Source: a virus
Taxonomy: Duplodnaviria > Caudoviricetes
Direction: 5' to 3' (one strand)
DNA: 50,207 nucleotides
IMG/VR virus record: IMGVR_UViG_3300036817_000496
Span: 1 to 50,207 of that record
The position numbers were made by a program, and so were the translations under genes. Positions 45,210-50,207 of this stretch are shown here, one piece after another. The stretch's first letter is position 1, and each line of letters starts with the position of its first letter. The notes beneath the pieces are model-generated. The model was given only the letters and a program-made list of their open reading frames with translations. It was not told the origin of the DNA and searched no databases.

Positions 45210-46127
45210 ATGTCCTGGTACAAAGCAGGCAGTATTGCAGTAAGCGGCGTCACGGTCACCGGCACCGGCACGAACTGGACGGATAACAAACAGGGGATTG
45301 GCCCTGGGCAGGCTTTGCTGATACCCGGTTCAGGCACGGTAAAAATGTATGAAATTCTTCGCGTGGACAGCGCCACAAAGCTCACGCTTACCAGCGATGC
45401 GGGCGCAATTGCGTCGGGCCAGGCTTATGCAATCATGTCTTTTTATGCTGACAGTGTTCCTGACTTCTCGCGTCGTTTAAGCGCCCAGCTAAGTTACTAT
45501 CAGTCACAAATGGATAATTTGCAGTTGCTGATGACTGGCGCTGGCACAGTGACAATAACGGATCCGAACGGCAAAGTTTTTTCCGGTCCAGCATGGGGAG
45601 GTATCGCCGGGTATATCGACGCTGTATGTCCTGTTGGTATGCGCCTTGACTGGCCATCTCTTGTCTTGCCAGATGCACCCGCATTGGGGGTTAAATATTT
45701 ACGCCTGAACGGTGCGACATTCAGTAAAACGCTTTATCCGAAGTTGGGCGCAATCTACACCTCTGGCGTTCTGCCTGACATGCGCGGCGATACGGTGCGC
45801 GGGTACGACGATGGCAGGGGAATAGACCAGGGGCGAGCGCTTTTGTCTGAACAGGCTGATGCCATTCAGAACATTACGGGCTCGATGGACCTTCGCCCAA
45901 TAATCTCAAATGGGCAGCCATACGCTAACAGACTGAGAAGCAGTGGCGCGTTCGGCGGTACGCAGCCTGCCGAAGGCAACCTGGGGAATTTAGCAGGCCA
46001 GCAGAGTGCAACAACCGTAACAACGCTTGTTGAAAGCATCTCTTTTGATGCATCAAGAATCGTCAGGACATCAACAGAAACGCGCATGCGGAACATGGCA
46101 TGGAATATGATTGTGAGGGCGTCGTGA
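45210..46127 (+). CDS. Side tail fibre protein with collar domain
   Basis: MSWYKAGSI...VTGTGTNW; LNGATF...YPKL...LPDMRG...RG.DDGRG.D.GR; ETRMRNMA.N.IVRA. Confidence 0.85.
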   Translation: MSWYKAGSIAVSGVTVTGTGTNWTDNKQGIGPGQALLIPGSGTVKMYEILRVDSATKLTLTSDAGAIASGQAYAIMSFYADSVPDFSRRLSAQLSYYQSQMDNLQLLMTGAGTVTITDPNGKVFSGPAWGGIAGYIDAVCPVGMRLDWPSLVLPDAPALGVKYLRLNGATFSKTLYPKLGAIYTSGVLPDMRGDTVRGYDDGRGIDQGRALLSEQADAIQNITGSMDLRPIISNGQPYANRLRSSGAFGGTQPAEGNLGNLAGQQSATTVTTLVESISFDASRIVRTSTETRMRNMAWNMIVRAS

Positions 46128-46723
46128 ATATTAAATTTGATTCTGAAGGGTTTGCAACGTCAGAAGGCACACTGACGGTTTACGTTACCGATGATCAGGG
46201 GATCTTGGTTGGTAGCGCACTGGCGCAAGTGAGCGAAGGGACGACGCTGCCGGCACGTTCTTATGCCGATGTGCCGCCTGATGTAGGAGAAAACGAAGTG
46301 GTTATGCGTAGCCCGGACGGTTATCGCTGGCTTGTTGTGCCGGATCTGCGTGGTCAGACTGTCTACGCCACCGATAACTCGGGGCCGAAAGTTATCGAGC
46401 GGGTGGGAGAGATACCGCCCGGTTACACTCTTGCTGTGCCACAAACGGCGTGGGACACCTGGAACGGTGCAAAGTGGGTAACGGATAATGAGGCTCAGAA
46501 GCAGGGCCAGATAGCGCTGGCAAATGCAGAAAAAGAGTTGCGTCTTGCGGCCGCCAATACCTTTATCTGCGAACAAAACTGGGGCAGTAAGTTGACGCTC
46601 GGGCGGCTGAGCGACGAGGGGAAAGCCCTTTTCAATAAATGGCTCGACTATACCGATGCACTTGAGGCGCTGGATACTTCAACTGCACCAGATGTTTCGT
46701 GGCCGGAGGCTCCATCAAGCTGA
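46124..46723 (+). CDS. Tail fibre assembly chaperone
   Basis: W..VPDLRG..VY, W.G.KWV.D, W.DY..AL..LD.S.APD..WP. Confidence 0.88.
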   Translation: MNIKFDSEGFATSEGTLTVYVTDDQGILVGSALAQVSEGTTLPARSYADVPPDVGENEVVMRSPDGYRWLVVPDLRGQTVYATDNSGPKVIERVGEIPPGYTLAVPQTAWDTWNGAKWVTDNEAQKQGQIALANAEKELRLAAANTFICEQNWGSKLTLGRLSDEGKALFNKWLDYTDALEALDTSTAPDVSWPEAPSS

Positions 46724-46729
46724 TCAGCT

Positions 46730-46755
46730 AGCTCGCTTATTGCGGGCTTTTTTTC
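46730..46755 (+). terminator. Late operon terminator
   Basis: GCTCGC-ttatt-GCGGGC plus T-tract. Confidence 0.65.
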
Positions 46756-46824
46756 TTTTAAAATCGGCATACTTTGCAAATCATAGCCTTATCCAGTCGT
46801 GAAAATTGATAGATGATACCTTTC

Positions 46825-46865
46825 TTGATCTGTTTAATTTGCTCAATTACTGTATGTGTATACAG
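46825..46865 (+). promoter_or_regulatory. SOS promoter with LexA box
   Basis: TTGATC -17 bp- TACTGT; CTGTATGTGTATACAG at 46850-46865. Confidence 0.85.
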
Positions 46866-46885
46866 TGATTTTAAGAGGGTGAGAT

Positions 46886-47125
46886 ATGCCACGTTATACA
46901 GAAATAGGAACAGCGTTTAACCGCGCTGTCAGGGTTGAGCAGAGCGGGCGCAAGACAGTGACAACTGCCGATTTTGTTGCAGAACTGGAAAAATTGAACT
47001 GGCATTGGGATCTGAAAGAAGCGAACGGTTGGATTGAAAACCACATTACAACGTTCAGAGACATCAGCGATCAGGAAGGTGAGGCCAGGACATTCATGGT
47101 CTATAACCCTAACGGGAGGCATTGA
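46886..47125 (+). CDS. Small SOS-controlled phage protein
   Basis: GAGGGTGA RBS behind LexA box; GRKTVTTADFV..L...NW.W...EAN.WI. Confidence 0.75.
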   Translation: MPRYTEIGTAFNRAVRVEQSGRKTVTTADFVAELEKLNWHWDLKEANGWIENHITTFRDISDQEGEARTFMVYNPNGRH

Positions 47126-47126
47126 T

Positions 47127-47447
47127 ATGGGATTTCCATCGCCGGCACGTGACTATCTTGAACGCCGCCTCAGCCCTGAGATCATCTGCGGGATTGATAG
47201 CAATAGCCTCGTCATAGACACATCATCAGGTTATTCAGTTATCGACATTTCAAATAAGACGGGAGAGGTTTTGCTCATAAATTTTGAAGGCCGTAACCAT
47301 TTCGCCAGGGTCATGGGTGGGGCTGTGATAACGGACGACGGCGAAGCTATTGAGGGCGAGGCCCTTGACGATGTTAACGTGGTAGGCGCAGTGAAATTTT
47401 TTATCAACAGGTCTGGTGTCGTGGATGACGAGTTGCCTGTGGTTTAA
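47127..47447 (+). CDS. UmuD'/HumD-like protein
   Basis: Starts MGFPSPARDY.E.RL, like post-cleavage UmuD'; no GDSM catalytic Ser motif. Confidence 0.65.
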   Translation: MGFPSPARDYLERRLSPEIICGIDSNSLVIDTSSGYSVIDISNKTGEVLLINFEGRNHFARVMGGAVITDDGEAIEGEALDDVNVVGAVKFFINRSGVVDDELPVV

Positions 47448-47475
47448 AAACCCGGCTCGGCGGCCGGGTCAAAAA
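47446..47475. terminator. Hairpin between convergent genes
   Basis: ACCCGGC-tcggcg-GCCGGGT flanked by A-tracts. Confidence 0.6.
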
Positions 47476-47477
47476 TG

Positions 47478-47723
47478 TTAATACTGATAAGCCATTTGAT
47501 ATGCTGCGAAGGCATCCTTATGGCGAACCTGCCCAGCTTGGCTCTCAGGAAGATCCTCTAAAACGGAGTCGTTATCAGATGCTGGAATGCCCATAGCCTT
47601 ATTAAGCATGGCTAGCTCAAAGGCACAACCAGGGCATTTGTGACGCCCAGCCTGGCCTTGATTTTCCGGGAGTACGCTAAACATAGGATTGTAACGGTGA
47701 TTCTTCTTACAGATGTGCTTCAT
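47478..47723 (-). CDS. 81-aa His/Cys-containing protein with internal duplication
   Basis: AGAAGG RBS; LPENQGQAGRHKC and LPESQAGQVRHKD repeats. Confidence 0.75.
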   Translation of the reverse strand: MKHICKKNHRYNPMFSVLPENQGQAGRHKCPGCAFELAMLNKAMGIPASDNDSVLEDLPESQAGQVRHKDAFAAYQMAYQY

Positions 47724-47792
47724 CCGAATACCTTCTAAAAAAGATGGCATCGAATGCTTTACAGGGGATCCGGCTTGAGTTAATCTTCTAAA

Positions 47793-47862
47793 CCGAGATC
47801 TCGAGAAAACATTCTAGCCGATGTTTTTATTGGCCCCAGTAGTTGACGCTACTGGGGCTTTC
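47793..47862 (+). ncRNA. Putative ~70-nt antisense RNA (Sok-like arrangement)
   Basis: Promoter TTTACA (47758) -17 bp- TAATCT (47781); terminator GCCCCAGTAG-ttgacg-CTACTGGGGC-TTT; antisense to leader of 47478-47723. Confidence 0.55.
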
Positions 47863-48097
47863 CCTTATGTGGCCCTTGAAAATATCCACACAACCCTTGG
47901 ATCATATCCAGGGATAAAATAATGTTCAATAAAAAGATCAGCTTACGCTGTGTTTTTTCACACCTGTAATTCCATCCAACAAAAAAAAGCCGCATCGCTG
48001 CGACCTCTTACTAACAACTGAAAGATATTAAACCGATTGGTCTATCGGGCAGTTGCTGTTAAACGCACCTGCTTGTACTCATGGTATTGTCACGTGG

Positions 48098-48700
48098 TTA
48101 ATGAGGTAACAGGCATTGTTCCACTGCGCCAGCCAGCCGGCTTGCCAGTTCTTCCCGACGAATAACCACCCATCCGTTTTTGCTGGCTATTTGCAGCCAA
48201 GATTCAATCGAGATCACAAGCTCATCATCTTTAAGCGGGAGTTGGCTGATGGTTACGCCGTTGCGTTGATAGCAGAGAACGCGAGAATCATAGTTTGACG
48301 GGGTAAATGGTGGTTGGTGTGTTTGCCTGGAAAAATAGCAATCTTCCAGTTTCTCAAATACTTCCCAGGCCTGATCCGTTTCGAGCATTTTCGCGTGACG
48401 CGCAGCGCCGCGTTCTGTCCAGAGGATGAGGGAGCGTGTTTTTGGGGAGATTTGTAAGTGTCTTAAAGACACTCGCAAATTCTGTGACTCGCTCAAAGAT
48501 AGTCGCAACTTTGTAAGTTCATCACCTGCAACCTTAAAAAAGTGCTTCCCCTCAACAAACCGACCATCATTGCGTTTGTGGTTTTGTTGTATGCGGATCG
48601 CTTCCGTACCGTACAACTGTGCGAGCGATTCAGTCGTGATGACCGGGATTTGATTGTGAGTAACGGGAGAGAGAGTTTCAGCGCTTACGTTAGTGTCCAT
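48098..48700 (-). CDS. ORF6N-domain antirepressor-like protein
   Basis: PVITTESLAQLYG...RFVEGKHFF...LWTERGAARHAKML.TD.AW.VF..LED.YF; GAGG RBS before ATG 48700. Confidence 0.85.
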   Translation of the reverse strand: MDTNVSAETLSPVTHNQIPVITTESLAQLYGTEAIRIQQNHKRNDGRFVEGKHFFKVAGDELTKLRLSLSESQNLRVSLRHLQISPKTRSLILWTERGAARHAKMLETDQAWEVFEKLEDCYFSRQTHQPPFTPSNYDSRVLCYQRNGVTISQLPLKDDELVISIESWLQIASKNGWVVIRREELASRLAGAVEQCLLPH

Positions 48701-48753
48701 GGTAATAGCCTCGTTTAAAATTGAGTTATCACCACCGATGACGCCAATCAATG

Positions 48754-48838
48754 GGTGGTGAACTGTGCAGGGTTGGCGTAACCGGTAAACGAAGAACCCG
48801 GCGCGGATTTCTCCGCCCCCACACAGCCCACCATAATC
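48754..48838 (-). ncRNA. c4-like antisense RNA with flanking target copies
   Basis: TGGTGGGCTGTGTGGGG...ACCGGTTACGCCAACCCTGCACAGTTCACCACC closing stem; GACGCCAATC at 48740 and 48904 complementary to GGTTGGCGT at 48771; TAAACGAAG (48786) complementary to CTTCGTTTA (48889). Confidence 0.75.
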
Positions 48839-49092
48839 TGGGTGTGACCGTGTTTTGCGCATAAAAAAACCGCTGGCGCGGTTATGCGCTTCGTTTATTC
48901 CAGGACGCCAATCCCGACAACCGATTTTGCGGCTGCGGGTAAACTATAGCCCTGAATATCTACTTCGGTCAACGGAAAGTGTTGGTATATGAAGTGAATG
49001 GAAGTGTCTAACTTCATGATTTTTAACGGGGTGAAATATTAGCGATATACCATTATTAATTACTAAGTTATTGAATATTATGAACAGAGGAT

Positions 49093-49152
49093 CGGTCTTG
49101 AAAACCGGCGACCCGAAAGGGTTCTAGAGTTCGAATCTCTACGCTTCCGCCA
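49093..49152 (+). tRNA. 3' fragment of tRNA-Ser(UGA); probable attR core
   Basis: CGGTCTTGAAAACCG anticodon arm, long variable arm, GTTCGAATC, CCA end; 5' half absent; preceded by AT-rich att-like arm region. Confidence 0.85.
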
Positions 49153-49160
49153 ACATTTAC

Positions 49161-49189
49161 AAGGGGTTGCCGAAAGGCAGCCCCTTTTT
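49161..49189 (+). terminator. Intrinsic terminator of the tRNA locus
   Basis: AAGGGGTTGCC-gaaa-GGCAGCCCCTT-TTT. Confidence 0.85.
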
Positions 49190-49253
49190 GTTTTGGGGTG
49201 TTGGTTACCGGCCTTATACCAGCTTCAATACAGCAACTTGCCGCAATTTTTAT

Positions 49254-50207
49254 CTAAAAGCTCATTGCCAACCCAATGCCATATCCGCGGGTATCATTGC
49301 CAAACATGTAGCGGGCGACTAAACGCGTTCGGGTGACAAAAACCTTGTATTCACTGCTATCCAGCTCAATGCCAAGCCCAACGGAGCTCAGGCTGTTGAA
49401 GCCTAGCTTACCTCGCTGATCGCCAAGGTATTCTGTATGAGCACCTTCAAGAACATAGCGCACGGGGCTTTTCAGCAGGGTCCAGTCCCGTATTGGTGCT
49501 CTCCGGCGCAAATATAGCCCAAGGTTTTGAGCATTCGCATGGCCTTCTACAGCGCTGGAGGTATTGCCGAAAGTCTGCAGCTGCATCCCTGAATAGCGTA
49601 ATTCAACATCGATATCCTGAGGTTTAGAAATCAGCTCGTAATCAAGCATCAGAGAGCCGCCCAGACCGTATGCGTTAAGCCTGCCGCCGTCTAAAAAATC
49701 ATAATCAGCATTTCGGTGTCTCTCTAACGCCCAGGCACCAATTCGCACGTCACTTGCCATCGTTCCGAGCATGACATTCGCTACAGGACGTAAAACCAGA
49801 TTGCCTCCTTCTTTATCCTGGAAAAGGGGGAAATCCCAGCCAATACCTCCTGTGGCGGTAAGGCTATTCCATTTGGTGGGTATGCGTCGGGTTTCACTGC
49901 CGTTGCTAATAACAAACTGCGGATCGTAGCGGCTGTATCCCATCGAGCCTTCAAGGTAAAGGGGAACGGATTTACCCAATGTCGCACCACCACCAAACTG
50001 GGTGATGGAAAGGGAGTTTTTGTCATCCGAACCCGTTCCAATATTGAGGTCGCTGGCGGTAATGTCGGGTACGACCATATAGCTCATCAGCGTAAGGACA
50101 CCGTCGGCGCGTTGTTTAATCTGCTGACCGTTAGCCGCAAAGCTCCCTGAACTGAGGGGCAAAATGGCTAAAAATAATAAGTGTAAACAGCGGATGGCCA
50201 TCGTCAT
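49254..50207 (-). CDS. Host outer-membrane beta-barrel-like protein
   Basis: Signal peptide, alternating amphipathic strands, terminal Phe; outside att. Confidence 0.65.
   Translation of the reverse strand: MTMAIRCLHLLFLAILPLSSGSFAANGQQIKQRADGVLTLMSYMVVPDITASDLNIGTGSDDKNSLSITQFGGGATLGKSVPLYLEGSMGYSRYDPQFVISNGSETRRIPTKWNSLTATGGIGWDFPLFQDKEGGNLVLRPVANVMLGTMASDVRIGAWALERHRNADYDFLDGGRLNAYGLGGSLMLDYELISKPQDIDVELRYSGMQLQTFGNTSSAVEGHANAQNLGLYLRRRAPIRDWTLLKSPVRYVLEGAHTEYLGDQRGKLGFNSLSSVGLGIELDSSEYKVFVTRTRLVARYMFGNDTRGYGIGLAMSF

Larger units (their letters stand above)
1..49152. mobile_element. Lambdoid siphovirus-like prophage, probably integrated at tRNA-Ser(UGA); left boundary outside the window
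   Basis: Ordered int-xis, immunity, replication, Q, lysis, terminase, head and tail modules; 3' tRNA-Ser fragment at 49093-49152; no matching tRNA copy seen between 1 and 1948. Confidence 0.9.

Noticed and set aside
44143-46723. Tail-fibre inversion system or diversity-generating retroelement
   Set aside because: No invertase, reverse transcriptase, inverted fibre cassettes or template/variable repeat pair seen.
49093-49152. Functional tRNA-Ser gene
   Set aside because: 5' acceptor strand and D-arm are missing; treated as att duplication.
49893-49903. TTCACTGCCGT resembling the 5' end of a type I-F repeat
   Set aside because: Only 11 nt, lacks the AGGCAG arm, lies inside a host CDS; no CRISPR array seen anywhere in the window.

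Overview
The window is almost entirely one apparently complete lambdoid (long-tailed, HK97-fold capsid) prophage of an Enterobacterales host. It is bounded on the right by a 3' fragment of tRNA-Ser(UGA) at 49093-49152 (probable attR); attL is not in the window. Module order: integrase/xis, left early operon, cI/cro/cII-like switch, replication, ead/nin-like region, Q, lysis, packaging, head, tail, tail fibre and a c4-RNA/antirepressor unit. One host outer-membrane gene lies beyond the att site. Accessory cargo is dense: (1) an ABC-ATPase/TOPRIM gene beside the integrase; (2) a full-length phage recA under tandem LexA boxes, followed by a LexA DNA-binding-domain-only gene; (3) an acrIF9-aca2 anti-CRISPR operon with intact Aca2 DNA and RNA sites, running into a nuclease-less SF2 helicase gene; (4) a Ser/Thr kinase plus PP2C phosphatase pair after Rz; (5) three glycosyltransferase domains in the late operon, with capsid and tail-tube proteins both ending in Thr-Ser (candidate virion glycosylation); (6) a hok/sok-like antisense arrangement on a non-Hok 81-aa protein; (7) a 22-bp motif repeated four times, always in the sense orientation of the two early transcripts. 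All family calls come from motif recognition by eye and recalled reference sequences; no database search was run.
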